Source of the DNA: Haliotis rufescens
Taxonomy: Eukaryota
Length of the DNA: 64,000 bases
Direction of reading: 5' to 3'
NCBI RefSeq assembly: GCF_023055435.1
Contig: NW_025964383.1
Location: 48,732,001-48,796,000 of the forward strand
Under the pieces are notes generated by a model. It saw only the letters and a list, made by a program, of their open reading frames with translations. It made no database searches and was not told the origin of the DNA. Shown here in pieces: positions 38,463 through 50,922 of the stretch (positions are counted from its first letter, which is position 1; every line of letters begins with the position of its first letter). Made by a program: the position numbers and the translations under genes.

Positions 38463-38847
38463 TCCTTAACAGATCAACAGTGATATTGGATGTGAGCCAA
38501 GCGAGTTGGTCGTGACGTGTTTGTCGTCTTCTGTCGCCCAGGTCGGCAGTCATAGACAACTTTGGTGTCTGGATACTGGGGATTAATGGTCTTCTGTTTT
38601 GAAGAATATTTACATTTTCCGACACAATTAACTACTCTACTTAGACGCCTTGAACCTCATATTCATTGTTTGTCATTCGTGGCATTGTGCAGGAAACAGA
38701 AAGCGATTGTTGAAGACGTGTGCTTATAATGAAACCAGTAATCTGATTCGCGCCATGTACGTGATTTTCAGAGTGAGGACGATCTCCAATATAAGTATTA
38801 TGTCTGTAAAGAGCAGCAATCACATGAAGTAGATTCACCAGATACTA

Positions 38848-39003
38848 GTGAGTGGTGCGGCTACCGGCAGGATATGTTTTCCCTCTTCGCGAACACCTGG
38901 TATCATCACTGATTTACGGTGATCCATTCATAGTATTTTTGCAACACTATCTTGCCATTTTCGGCCAATGGAATCTGCGTTGTCGGATAATAGTGAAAAC
39001 ATT
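38848..39003 (+). mobile_element. Family C dispersed repeat, single-unit copy
   Basis: GTGAGTGG...CTACCGGC...CACCTGGTATCATCACTGATT...CCATTCATA...CCAATGGAATCTG...GGATAAT...GAAAACATT. Confidence 0.7.
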
Positions 39004-39589
39004 AAACACAAAGAGTGACATTGTTGCCTTTCTGACTTGACAACATCTATATCAAGCAGAGAGAAACACTCGCGGGTACTTACACAAACAATGAACGAGT
39101 TTGTTAGACAATATCGCCTCCCCTAGGACTATGTTGAAACTATTTTAATGCGGGCAACTGTTTTCTATGCGGGGCTCGTTGCTTCGATCACTTCGAATCT
39201 CCGTTTAACTGTTTCAAAACCTCGTCGCAGTTACAGAAGCCCTCGATCATTGTAATGTGTTGACAAATTGTATGACTTCCTTTCACGGGTGTTCTAATTC
39301 TTTAAACAATTGCTCGAACAATAACATCGTTTAACACACAGTGCACCGACAATAAAACATATATAATATCTATAAGTTTGCTTTCAAATCAACATTGCTA
39401 CATGCACTCGCTATTCAACTATGGATTGTAATATTTGTCTGTCCTCACCACAATGGCGGACATATAACTCAGGGACCGACAACAGCCATTGCTGGACCAG
39501 TGATTACATTACCATCAGTCTGTAAAGAATCATTTCATTAAATAGTTTTTTTCCATGTGAACAATCAGTTAATTGTCACAGAATAGTTC

Positions 39590-39760
39590 GGGGGCGGTCG
39601 GGTAGCCTAGTGGTTAAAGCGTTCGCTCGTCAGGCCGAAGACCCGGGTTCGATTCCCAACATGGGTAGAATGTGTGAAGCCCATTTCTGGTGTCCCCCGC
39701 CTCGATATTGCTGGAATATTGCTAAAAGCGGCGTAAAACCATACTCACTAACTTACTAAC
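39590..39760 (+). mobile_element. Full-length tRNA-derived SINE (family A)
   Basis: A box TAGCCTAGTGG, B box GGTTCGATTCC, tail GCTGGAATATTGCTAAAAGCGGCGTAAAAC plus ACTC-like repeats; perfect 14-bp TSD TCACAGAATAGTTC (39576-89, 39761-74). Confidence 0.92.
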
Positions 39761-39789
39761 TCACAGAATAGTTCATCCACGTGAAGGTG

Positions 39790-39910
39790 TCGTAGATCGA
39801 TGTTTATGATGTCGATCACTGGTTGTATGATCCAGACTCCATTATTTGCAGACGGCCGTCACACAGCTGAAATATTGCTGAGTGCGGCGTTAAACAACAA
39901 ACAAACAAGC
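39790..39910 (+). mobile_element. SINE-like family B, 3' part
   Basis: GATCGATG...TCACTGG...CCAGACTC...ATATTGCTGAGTGCGGCGTTAAACAACAAACAAAC. Confidence 0.75.
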
Positions 39911-40309
39911 AAGCATGACAACACACGGATGGACGAACGATTACCACATGTTCTAGTTATCATCATTCAGGATATTTGAACATGATTCCGTTTTATTTTG
40001 GTTTAGTTTCAATAATGATTATTTTATGCAATACGAGTATACTTTGTATCATTATTGAAACTTTACGGAATGCATGTGGGCCGACTTTGGTTTAAGTCGT
40101 GGGGGTGCTGTAATGCCCCACTTGAGTTGTTACAAGAAATTAGATTGTACCAAAAAATTATCATGTTCTTAAATCACGCTGGTCAACATTGAAATCAACT
40201 GCACCTGTGTATCGTTCATGTAGGGAATTCTCAGATGTGGCATGTATAATGTCACGTGGACGTTCTCATTGTTATTTACCAATCCGTCTTATTCTTTTCC
40301 AGACCAACT

Positions 40310-40361
40310 ATGAAGTTTGTGAAGCTCTTACTGCTGCTCTGTCAAGCTGCACACTCACCGG
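40310..40361 (+). CDS. Gene C coding exon 1: signal peptide
   Basis: Acceptor TTCTTTTCCAG; MKFVKLLLLLCQAAHSP-G; donor GTAAGA 40362, phase 1. Confidence 0.85.
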
Positions 40362-40770
40362 GTAAGACACCACCTTTTACAAAACTGAAGAGATTTGTGC
40401 TGTTGACAAAAGTATATGTTTTTCCGAAATTCGCAGAAATGTTGAGGCAACCTTTGTGTTTGACAGTTGACAGTTTGACAGACACTCAAGAGAACTGTTC
40501 TGGATCAAACTGTTTAAGTAATATTGAATACGAAATGATCTCCATTATGTGCTACAAAAATGTCGGCAAAAGGTATACTAGGTCGACCCCATTGTTATTG
40601 TATAAGTATACTTAGCATCCTGGCTTCCACAGGTGATATCGATGGATTAGATCAAGCGATCGGCAAGCCTCGGAATGTTTCCACTTTTATCAACTCGTGT
40701 TGATATATTTGATATCAAAAGACACTCGGGTGAGATTCTCTATATGTAAAACGGCAGTTTTTATCCAGCC

Positions 40771-41010
40771 TCGATTATCCTCCGACAGGGTCCATCTGGC
40801 GCGTAAGGCAACATTGCGGTGAACATGGTAGGAAAGGATCACTGAAAATCAGTGATGACACCAGGTAATCGCTAAAAGGGTAAACATGACTGATAGCACC
40901 CGCCACTCACATAATCTACATAAAACTAAGTGTTTGTTGCCTGATGTCGCACACCAGTACTGCTGCCACGCGGGAGCGGCCTGTAAACAAACACGACAAT
41001 CAAGAGATGG
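40771..41010 (-). mobile_element. Family C composite repeat, inverted single-unit copy
   Basis: Reverse complement aligns with 31852-31990 and 33920-33970 (CAGGCAACA...TGTGAGTGGCG...ACCTGGTGTCATCACTGATT...GGATAATC). Confidence 0.7.
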
Positions 41011-41044
41011 GTCGGGGCAGTTTCTGTCTTTAGGCAGGGTAAGA

Positions 41045-41265
41045 TTGGTTGGTTTGTTGCTTAACGCCGCACCAGCTATATGACGGAGGTCTGTGAATAA
41101 TCGAGTCTGGACCAGACAATCCAGTGATTGATATCATGAGCATCGATCCACGCAGTTGGGATCGATGACATGTATCAACCAAGTCAGCGAGCCTGACCAC
41201 CCGATCCCGTTAGTCGCCTTTTACGGCAAGCATGGGTTGCTGAAGACCTATTCTACCCCGGAATC
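41045..41265 (-). mobile_element. SINE-like family B
   Basis: (TTGG/TTTG) tail, body matching 55841 and 57255 copies; perfect 13-bp TSD AGGCAGGGTAAGA (41032-44, 41266-78). Confidence 0.9.
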
Positions 41266-42226
41266 AGGCAGGGTAAGAACAAATATTATCTTTTAAGGTC
41301 ATTTTTGAATGTCCCGGCACCGACATTCCTCTGCCTGGGCAGACGTTACATCCACTAGATCACGGTGGCCGTAACGATTGAAAAAAATGAAAATCTAAAA
41401 TGTTTTTCGTAAAAGATATTACAGTTTGTACTAGTCTGAGCAAAATCCCATGCCAAACTTTCAGTTTCCTGGAGTGTTGTCTATTTCTTGGAAGACCTTT
41501 CAAGAATTCTTCTACAATATAAGTTAATCTATTCAGTTGGTTCATATAAGTAGAGTCACGGATCATAAAGCTTATAATGACCAGATAATTAGATTTGTCA
41601 TATATAATGGCAAATATGCGGACCTCGCGTTCGAAAGGTCACGCGTGCATCCCAAGTACCAAGTTGTCCGACTCCCGATGGTTCTTGGTGCCTTAGGTTT
41701 GGTACCTCCCAATCTGGTGATTGACATTGGGAGAGTACCCGTGTTTTCTACCAGGAATACAGCCCTCATGATAATCTGGGTAATGCAGAAGTCTGCAGCG
41801 TACATTCGGTGGATTTGACAAGACGACGCTTCCTGGGAGAAGTTCCATTCGCTGTCTGGGCTGCGTGTAGAGGGGGCAAGGGCCCTGAGCTGATGATGAG
41901 CCTAACCAGCCTGACTGTGCCAGGGTCACTCAAACCCTCTTTGCTGCATGTTTTATTTTTAATCTGTACATAATAATAATGATAATATATGATACATGGG
42001 AGCGTCGGCGAGGCCGACACCTTTAAGAACAGATGGTGGTCGTGCTGCCAGGCAGACATGCCAGTCTTTGTTTTGATAACGAAGGGACCGTGGCACCAGT
42101 AGGAACCAGTGAAATGAGTTACCTGATTTTAGATGATTTGTTTTTTTTGTGACAGACATATTTAACGGAAGCAATATAGACTTTGATGGAAGTATTTATG
42201 GCAAACTGTTTCAATTGTTCTGACAG

Positions 42227-43192
42227 GTGCTCGATGTAGGGACAACCAGCAGTGTTCTGACTGTGATGACAACACCGCCAACTGCCTCACACAGTGCCAC
42301 AAAGGATACTTCGGCCAGACATGCAGATCCGTGTGCAGCAGTAACTGTAGGAATAACACCTGTCAGCTCATTGCCAGCAGAGGTATTGGTAGGTGCACTG
42401 AAGGCTGCGAGCCAGGATACCAGGGCTACAACTGCATCCGACCGTGTGGCCGCCACATTGTCACCTGTACACCATGTCCAGGTGGGTGTGACGGGAACTA
42501 CTGCCACATTGGCCGAACCTGTTATGAAGGATGTAAAGAGTCTTTCTACGGGTTAGAGTGTAAGACCTGTTCTGACGAATGCAAAGTTTGCAACAGAAAG
42601 ACAGGAATATGTGAGGAATGTCGTCCACCACATTTTGGTCCTAACTGTGAACACTCGTGCGTGAACTGTTTAGGTTCATGCGAGGATGGGTGTACCATTG
42701 GCTGTGTTCCTGGGTTCTATGGGAATTTCTGTACCGAGATTTGCAGCGAAGGTTGTCGACCTCCTTACTCCATCTATACAGTTGACGAGTGTCAGGCGGA
42801 TGATGTCAATCTGTCGGCCGACTGTAGACCTGAGTGTCACAACCAGAGTGGTGAATGTGTTTATGGTTGTTTAGATGGTTGGTATGGTCCACAGTGCTCC
42901 TCCCAGTGTAGCCCTCGCTGTGCACATCAACGTTGTGATGGTGTTGGAGATTGTGTAGAAGGATGTGTTGTTGGTCGGTGGGGCTCTAGCTGTGAGTCAT
43001 GTTCTGAGAATTGTCTCCATCAAGCGTGCCACACCAACAGCGGTCTGTGCCTGCATGGCTGCTCCAGCGGCCACCATGGGGAATACTGTAACCTGACTTG
43101 TACGTCGTGTTCAACTGACGGATGTCAGCAAACTGTCAACTGTACAAGCAACTATACACTACCAGAGGACCTTGCAGGATCTTTCAACACAA
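42227..43192 (+). CDS. Gene C exon 2: multi-EGF-like (SCARF1/MEGF10-type) ectodomain
   Basis: Acceptor TTCTGACAG; ARCRDNQQC... in frame with ORF 42331-43314; Cys pattern collinear with gene A exon 2; donor GTAAGT 43193; phase 1-1. Confidence 0.93.
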
Positions 43193-43281
43193 GTAAGTGT
43201 GAAGGAAGTAGATTGCATACATATGTTTCTCCCATTGATGTCTGCAACCAGGAAGCAAACCAGATAGTTTGGAAAATGATG

Positions 43282-43735
43282 GATGGTTTTCTACAGGTTT
43301 TACCTAATTTGTAGATGGTTTTCTACAGGTTTTACCTAATCTGTAAATGGTTTTCTACAAGTTTTACCTAATCTGTAGATGGTTTTCTACAAGTTTTACC
43401 TAATCTGTAGATGGTTTTCTACAAGTTTTACCTAATCTGTAGATGGTTTTCTACAAGTTTTACCTAATTTGTAGATGGTTTTCTACAGGTTTTACCTAAT
43501 TTGTAGATGATTTTCTACAAGTTTTACCTAATCTGTAGATGGTTTTCTACAAGTTTTACCTAATCTGTAGATGGTTTTCTACAAGTTTTACCTAATCTGT
43601 AGATGGTTTCCTACAAGTTTTACCTAATCTGTAGATGGTTTTCTACAAGTTTTACCTAATTTGTAGAGTGTTTCCTACAGGTTTTACCTAATCTGTAGAT
43701 GGTTTTCTACAAGTTTTACCTAATCTGTAGATGGT
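43282..43735. repeat. 32-bp minisatellite, about 14 copies
   Basis: Unit AGATGGTTTTCTACAAGTTTTACCTAATCTGT. Confidence 0.96.
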
Positions 43736-44530
43736 CTTGAGGACAGGCTGTACACTATTCCACGACACTTAAGAAAACTCCACAATATGCTGGAATAAAA
43801 TCATTGTGTAAACGGTTCATGGTTTATATACCTCTGTAAAAATGCTTTGTCTCCACCAGCATAAATTAGATTAATTAATTGTCAATGATATGGGCGTTTG
43901 GATATCAAATGTCTCGACCCTAACAATGATTGAATGATATATGGAGTTTAATGTTTTGGATATGAACAGTCTTCATGAAAGCAATAAACGTAAATCTGGA
44001 GATAATGTTAGTAAGAAACATATTTACGTGTATTTTGAATCAATACGATGGCACAGTAAATATAATGTAATTGATATTATGTCCATGGATTCTATTATTT
44101 ATAGTACAGTGCGTCAATGATTTCAACGATAGATATTTTACGTGATCCACAACATTTGCATCGAAATATTGGCAGCGGGCAATGGACACTTGCGATGCAT
44201 CGATAGTTAGGCAAACTGTAACACCAATACCACATAGCAGTGTTGAGCTCATTCATGCAACGTTTCAGTTTCATTATAAGAATGGTTTATGTAGATGATA
44301 CACTTAAGGCATTGAAACAATCCTTAGGTGAGGGGAGGTGAAATGGGGTTTAACGTTGCGTCCAAGGTTATTGCACTTATATAGCGACGTTAAACAATCC
44401 TTAACTTGTGTCTTGAATTATGTTTATTCTACACTTAGGTTTGGGTAGATTGCCATTCGTAGATTCAAACTTGATCAAAAAGAGATTGACTGACAGTTTT
44501 CTATTTTCTTACTGTCCATTTCTTATGCAG

Positions 44531-44545
44531 CCATATTGCAGACAG
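44531..44545 (+). CDS. Gene C putative 15-nt stalk microexon (T-ILQT-G)
   Basis: Long pyrimidine tract ending TCTTATGCAG, donor CAG|GTAGGT, frame-neutral phase 1-1. Confidence 0.55.
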
Positions 44546-45308
44546 GTAGGTACAAGCTATAACAATAAGAAATGTTGCAACTTGTGACTAACTTACAAGG
44601 TATGTGCAATGATTACAGCAAAACACACATTTTCCGGATGTTTATGCAGCTAGCTGTTACACACACTTCAACAGGAATTTTCACTTTTACAACATTGACA
44701 TTTGTTACAACATTGCTGTTTATGATTTACAGATTGTTTGTATTTTGTGTACATACTCGCATGGTTAACCAGGAAAAATCGAAATATATATTAACTAAAA
44801 ATATAAAAACACACACATAACAGAACCATATTGATAGGCTCACAACATGGCTGACAGTTTCTCCGAAAGCGTTAGAAACGGGAAACGTTCACAGGGGAGA
44901 AAGACGGAAACAGAAACGCCAGAAAACAATCCAGTCTGTCTTCTCCCAACTGAACGTATAATGGATTTATACACAACAATCAGTTTAATACCAGTTTCAT
45001 TACCATAACACCCAAGGCCAGTAGCTTGCTCAGGCCCAATATTATTTGTGTGAGACGAAACCACCCATTGCTGGCTTGGGGAATAAGGTATTTGCCTGAC
45101 ATAAATTGACGATTGTGAAATCTAGGGTTATATAGTTTGCGATTGGATATATGTGTGTAGACATGTTCTAACGCCTTGAACTGCTTTGCGTTAATCAGTG
45201 CCGTTGGAATCCTGGATTGCTAATGCCAAGAAATTAAGTTAATATTGCAGAGACAGCATACTGATACATACATGCAGTATCATGTGTTGCTTCAATTTTA
45301 TTTGTCAG

Positions 45309-45423
45309 GCGCTGCAAGGACTGGTGAAACCCTGACAGTAACTGTGACAGTGATTGTGTTGTTTGTCCCCATCATCCTGGTGGCATGCTGTATCTGGTAC
45401 TGGAGACGCAGATATAAAAGAAG
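45309..45423 (+). CDS. Gene C transmembrane exon
   Basis: Acceptor TTTATTTGTCAG; AARTGETLTVTVTVIVLFVPIILVACCIWYWRRRYKR; donor GTCAGT 45424; phase 1-2, 115 nt. Confidence 0.9.
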
Positions 45424-45599
45424 GTCAGTATAGTCATGACCGCAGGCACCCTGTTAAGTCTCTCACAACGTTTTTACATATCTTAGTTCATTTAAACAAT
45501 TACACATTCCTTACACAGTCTGTCGAGTTATACATTTGGTTTGACATTGAAAAGGGCGATATTCACTCCATCAGAGTTGACGTCGTTTACAAAGCATTA

Positions 45600-45815
45600 G
45601 GGGGCACGGTGGCCCAGCCGTATAAGGCGCCGCTATTCGCTGTGCAGAGTTGCCGTCCCTTGGGCACGACAGAAACCTATGATTGTGGGTTCGCAACTCG
45701 GTTCGCTTGATTAAGTTTCTAGGTTTATCAGCACCATACCTGTGCTGACACGCCGTGATATAAGTGGAATACTGTTCAAAGCGGCGTTAAAGCCAGCTCG
45801 GGCACTCACTCACAC
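45600..45815 (+). mobile_element. Degenerate tRNA-headed SINE in gene C last intron
   Basis: GGGGCACGGTGGCCCAG head, GGGTTCG B-box-like, tail CGCCGTGATAT...GGAATA...AGCGGCGTTAAA...CACTCACTCAC. Confidence 0.55.
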
Positions 45816-45937
45816 ACAATGCATTCACGCCTGTATGTTAGCGCATGAAACGAGATGTAACGTTTCTGCCACCACCTATTATTGATGTTAATAACCAACA
45901 GTAAAGACTGAATCTCTTGACATCTTTGTTACAACAG

Positions 45938-46262
45938 ACAACACGAGAGCGAAGGGGCATTTGATGATATTCCCAGACGGAGGGACACCTCTTCAGCGGT
46001 GTACCAGACGATAGAGCTGTACTGGGAGATCAAAGACGAAGATATAGACATCCATATTCCCTCCCAGAACAAAGAAACTGCCGGTGAAGATGGTGACACT
46101 GATTTGCCTGTTTTAGCTGATTGCTATCCAGGAGGTGAAGCTGTTGATGAAGCTGGCGATGACGCACCAGGCACATCTACCAAGGATTACGGTCACTTGG
46201 AGAGGGGTGTTCACGTTGATCCGAAGATTGTTGTCAGCTATATATCTCCAGTGGACGATTAA
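45938..46262 (+). CDS. Gene C last exon: acidic cytoplasmic tail with YxxI/L motifs, stop
   Basis: Acceptor TTTGTTACAACAG, phase 2; QHESEG...VYQTIELYWEIKDED...DYGHL...VSYISPVDD*. Joined CDS 1473 nt = 490 aa with the microexon. Confidence 0.88.
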
Positions 46263-46870
46263 CTAGTCTTCTATGCCGGACATTTACCCAAATCTCTACA
46301 ACTAACAACTGAGGTTCAAATCAAAATTGATGGGTCAAAATGAAACTATATCGTGTTTATAAAACCTTTGATTCAAGATCCCAGATCTACCGTTATTTGG
46401 AAATACCTCTGAACCATCCTCAGTACAAAAGGTCCTCCTTGTAGTTCAGTTTGCAGCACTGCACATTACTCATCAGACGTTCAAATGAACAAAGTTACTG
46501 GCAACCTGTTTCAGTGTAACGGCGAATGGTATTTATACAAAGAATTAAATAACAAGTCTACTTGTATCTGCCATGTAGCTTTAAACTAGCAGTCCAGTAT
46601 AATACGTTGTAATTCATGTTCTATGCAAATCTTGTAATGTTGTGTTACAAACAAGTATGTAAATTTGTACATTATTCCCTTGATGTCAATGTGCACTTTG
46701 CCATTACAAGGGAAGTAATTGTGTACTTGGTGGGGAGCAATTTGTAACTACAGTCAACACTTGTACAGATTCTTGTCCAGCCATCCACAATAACAATTGT
46801 GTCTATTCTGTTGTGTAGCCCTGAGGTAGGGGTAATGTTCCTCTCTGTTATAACATGTACAAGGGTGTAC

Positions 46871-49800
46871 ACTGCTGTCACCGAGTCGTTATACTGCTTG
46901 TGTCACGGTCAAGTGACCGAGTGGTTATACTGCTCGGGTCACGGTCTAGTGACCGAGTCGTTATACCGCTTGTGTCACGGTCTAGTGACCGAGTCGCTAT
47001 ACTGCTTGTGACACGGTCTAGTGACCGAGTCGCTCTACTGCTTGTGTCACGGTCTAGTCACCGAGTCGTTATACTGCTTGTGTTACGTTCTAGTCACCGA
47101 GTCGTTATACTGCTTGTGTCACGGTCTAGTCACCGAGTCGTTATACTGCTTGTGTCACGGTCTAGTGACCGAGTCGTTATACTGCTTGTGTCACGCTCTG
47201 GTGACCGAGTCGCTATACTGCTTGTGACACGGTCTAGTGACCGAGTCGCTCTACTGCTTGTGTCACGGTCTAGTCACCGAGTCGTTATACTGCTTGTGTT
47301 ACGTTCTAGTCACCGAGTCGTCATACTGCTTGTGTCACGGTCCAGTCACCGAGTCGTTATACTGCTTGTGTCACGGTCCAGTCACGGAGTCGTTATACTG
47401 CTTGTGTCACGGTCTAGTCACCGAGTCGTTATACTGCTTGTGTCACGGTCTAGTCACCGAGTCGTTATACTGCTTGTGTCACGGTCTAGTCACCGAGTCG
47501 TTATACTGCTTGTGTCACGGTCTAGTCACCGAGTCGTTATACTGCTTGTGTCACGGTCTAGTCATCGAGTCGTTATACTGCTTGTGTCACGGTCTAGTCC
47601 CCGAATCGTTATACTGCTTGTGTCACGGTCTAGTGACCGAGTCGTTATACTGCTTGTGTCACGGTCTACTGACCGAGTCGTTATACTGCTTGTGTCACGG
47701 TCTAGTGACCGAGTCGTTATACTGCTTGTGTCACGGTCCAGTCACCGAGTCGTTATACTGCTTGTGTCACGGTCTAGTGACCGAGTCGTTATACTGCTTG
47801 TGTCACGGTCTAGTCACCGAGTCGTTATACTGCTTGTGTCACGGTCCAGTCACCGAGTCGTTATACTGCTTGTGTCACGGTCTAGTCACCGAGTCGTTAT
47901 ACTGCTTGTGTCACGGTCTAGTCACGGAGTCGTTATACTGCTTGTGTCACGGTCCAGTCACCGAGTCGTTATACTGCTTGTGTCACGGTCTAGTCACCGA
48001 GTCGTTATACTGCTTGTGTCACGGTCTAGTGACCGAGTCGTTATACTGCTTGTGTCCCGGTCTAGGCACCGAGTCGTTATACTGCTTGTGTCACGGTCTA
48101 GTGACCGAGTCGTTATACTGCTTGTGTCACGGTCCAGTCACCGAGTCGTTATACTGCTTGTGTCACGGTCTAGTCACCGAGTCGTTATACTGCTTGTGTC
48201 ACGGTCCAGTCACCGAGTCGTTATACTGCTTGTGTTACGTTCTAGTCACCGAGTCGTTATACTGCTTGTGTTACGTTCTAGTCACCGAGTCGTTTTACTG
48301 CTTGTGTCACGGTCTAGTGACCGAGTCGTTTTACTGCTTGTGTCACGGTCTAGTCACCGATTCGTTTTACTGCTTGTGTCACGGTCTAGTCACCGAGTCG
48401 TTATACTGCTTGTGTCACGGTCCAGTCACCGAGTCGTTATACTGCTTGTGTCACGGTCTAGTGACCGAGTCGTTATACTGCTTGTGTCACGGTCCAGTGA
48501 CCGAGTCGTTATACTGCCTGTGTCACGATCGAGTCACCGATTCGTTATACTGCCTGTGTCACGGTCTAGTGACCGAGTCGTTATAATGCTTGTGTCACGG
48601 TCTAGTCACCGAGTCATTATACTGCTTGTGTCACGGTCTAGTCACCGAGTCGTTATACTGCTTGTGTCACGGTCTAGTCACCGAGTCGTTAAACTGCTAT
48701 TGTCACGCTCTGGTAACCGAGTCGTTATACTGCTTGTGTCACGGTCTAGTCACCGAGTCGTTATACTGCTTGTGTCACGGTCTAGTCACCGAGTCGTTAT
48801 ACTGCTTGTGTCACGGTCTAGTCACCGAGTCGCGATACTGCTTGTGTCACGGTCTAGTGACCGAGTGGTTATACTGCTTGTGTCACGGTCTAGTGACCGA
48901 GTCGTTATACTGCTTGTGTCACGGTCTAGTGACCGAGTCGTTATACTGCTTGTGTCACGGTCCAGTGACCGAGTCGTTATACTGCTCGTGTCACGGTCTA
49001 GTCACTGAGTAGTTATACTGCTTGTGTCACGGTCTAGTGACCGAGTCGTTATACTGCTTGTGTCACGGTCCAGTGACCGAGTCGTTATACTGCTTGTGTC
49101 ACGGTCTAGGCACCGAGTCGTTATACTGCTTGTGTCACGGTCTAGTGACCGAGTCGTTATACTGCTTGTGTCACGGTCTAGTCACCGAGTCGTTATACTG
49201 CTTGTGTCACGGTCTAGGCACCGAGTCGTTATACTGCTTGTGTCACGGTCTAGTGACCGAGTCGTTATACTGCTTGTGTCACGATCGAGTCACCGATTCG
49301 TTATACTGCCTGTGTCACGGTCTAGTGACCGAGTCGTTATAATGCTTGTGTCACGGTCTAGTCACCGAGTCGTTATACTGCTTGTGTCACGGTCTAGTCA
49401 CCGAGTCGTTATACTGCTTGTGTCACGGTCTAGTCACCGAGTCGTTAAACTGCTATTGTCACGCTCTGGTGACCGAGTCGTTATACTGCTTGTGTCACGG
49501 TCTAGTCACCGAGTCGTTAAACTGCTATTGTCACGCTCTGGTGACCGAGTCGTTATACTGCTTGTGTCACGGTCCAGTGACCGAGTCGTTATACTGCTCG
49601 TGTCACGGTCTAGTGACCGAGTCGTTATACTGCTTGTGTCACGGTCCAGTGACCGAGTCGTTATACTGCTTGTGTCACGGTCTAGGCACCGAGTCGTTAT
49701 ACTGCTTGTGTCACGGTCTAGTCACCGAGGCGTTATACTGCTTGTGTCACGGTCTAGGCACCGCGTCGTTATACTGCTTGTGTCACGGTCTAGTGACCGA

Positions 49801-50922
49801 GTCGTTATACTGCTTGTGTCACGGTCTACTCACCGAGACGTTATACTGCTTGTGTCACGGTCTAGTCACCGAGTCGTTATACTGCTTGTGTTACGTTCTA
49901 GTCACCGAGTCGTTATACTGCTTGTGTCACGGTCTAGTCACCGAGTCGTTATACTGCTTGTGTCACGGTCTAGTCACCGAGTCGTTAAACTGCTATTGTC
50001 ACGCTCTGGTAACCGAGTCGTTATACTGCTTGTGTCACGGTCTAGTCACCGAGTCGTTAAACTGCTATTGTCACGCTCTGGTGACCGAGTCGTTATACTG
50101 CTTGTGTCACGGTCCAGTGACCGAGTCGTTATACTGCTCGTGTCACGGTCTAGTCACTGAGTAGTTATACTGCTTGTGTCACGGTCTAGTCACCGAGTCG
50201 TTATACTGCTTGTGTCACGGTCCAGTGACCGAGTCGTTATACTGCTTGTGTCACGGTCTAGGCACCGAGTCGTTATACTGCTTGTGTCACGGTCTAGTGA
50301 CCGAGTCGTTATACTGCTTGTGTCACGGTCTAGTCACCGAGTCGTTATACTGCTTGTGTCACGGTCTAGGCACCGAGTCGTTATACTGCTTGTGTCACGG
50401 TCTAGTGACCGAGTCGTTATACTGCTTGTGTCACGGTCTACTCACCGAGACGTTATACTGCTTGTGTCACGGTCTAGTCACCGAGTCGTTATACTGCTTG
50501 TGTTACGTTCTAGTCACCGAGTCGTTATACTGCTTGTGTCACGGTCTAGTGACCGAGTCGTTATACTGCTTGTGTCACGGTCTAGTCACCGAGTCGTTAT
50601 ACTGCTTGTGTCACGGTCTAGTGACCGAGTCGTTATACTGCTTGTGTCACGGTCTAGTCACCGAGTCGTTATACTGCTTGTGTCACGGTCTAGTGACCGA
50701 GTCGTTATACTGCTTGTGTCACGGTCTAGTGACCGAGTCGTTATACTGCTTGTGTCACGGTCTAGTCACCGAGTCGTTATACTGCTTGTGTCACGGTCTA
50801 GTGACCGAGTCGTTGTACTGCTTGTGTCACGGTCTAGTCACCGAGTCGTTATACTGCTTGTGTCACGGTCTAGTGACCGAGTCGTAATACTGCTTGTGTC
50901 ACGGTCTAGTGACCGAGTCGCT
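46871..50922. repeat. 36-bp satellite, about 112 copies
   Basis: Unit GTCACCGAGTCGTTATACTGCTTGTGTCACGGTCTA. Confidence 0.98.

Noticed and set aside
39590-39665. tRNA gene (Asp-like)
   Set aside because: Continues into a SINE body and tail with a TSD, and has several diverged copies in the window.
41537-42059. Overlapping ORFs in gene C intron 1
   Set aside because: No recognisable homology or splice support; may be an eroded element.
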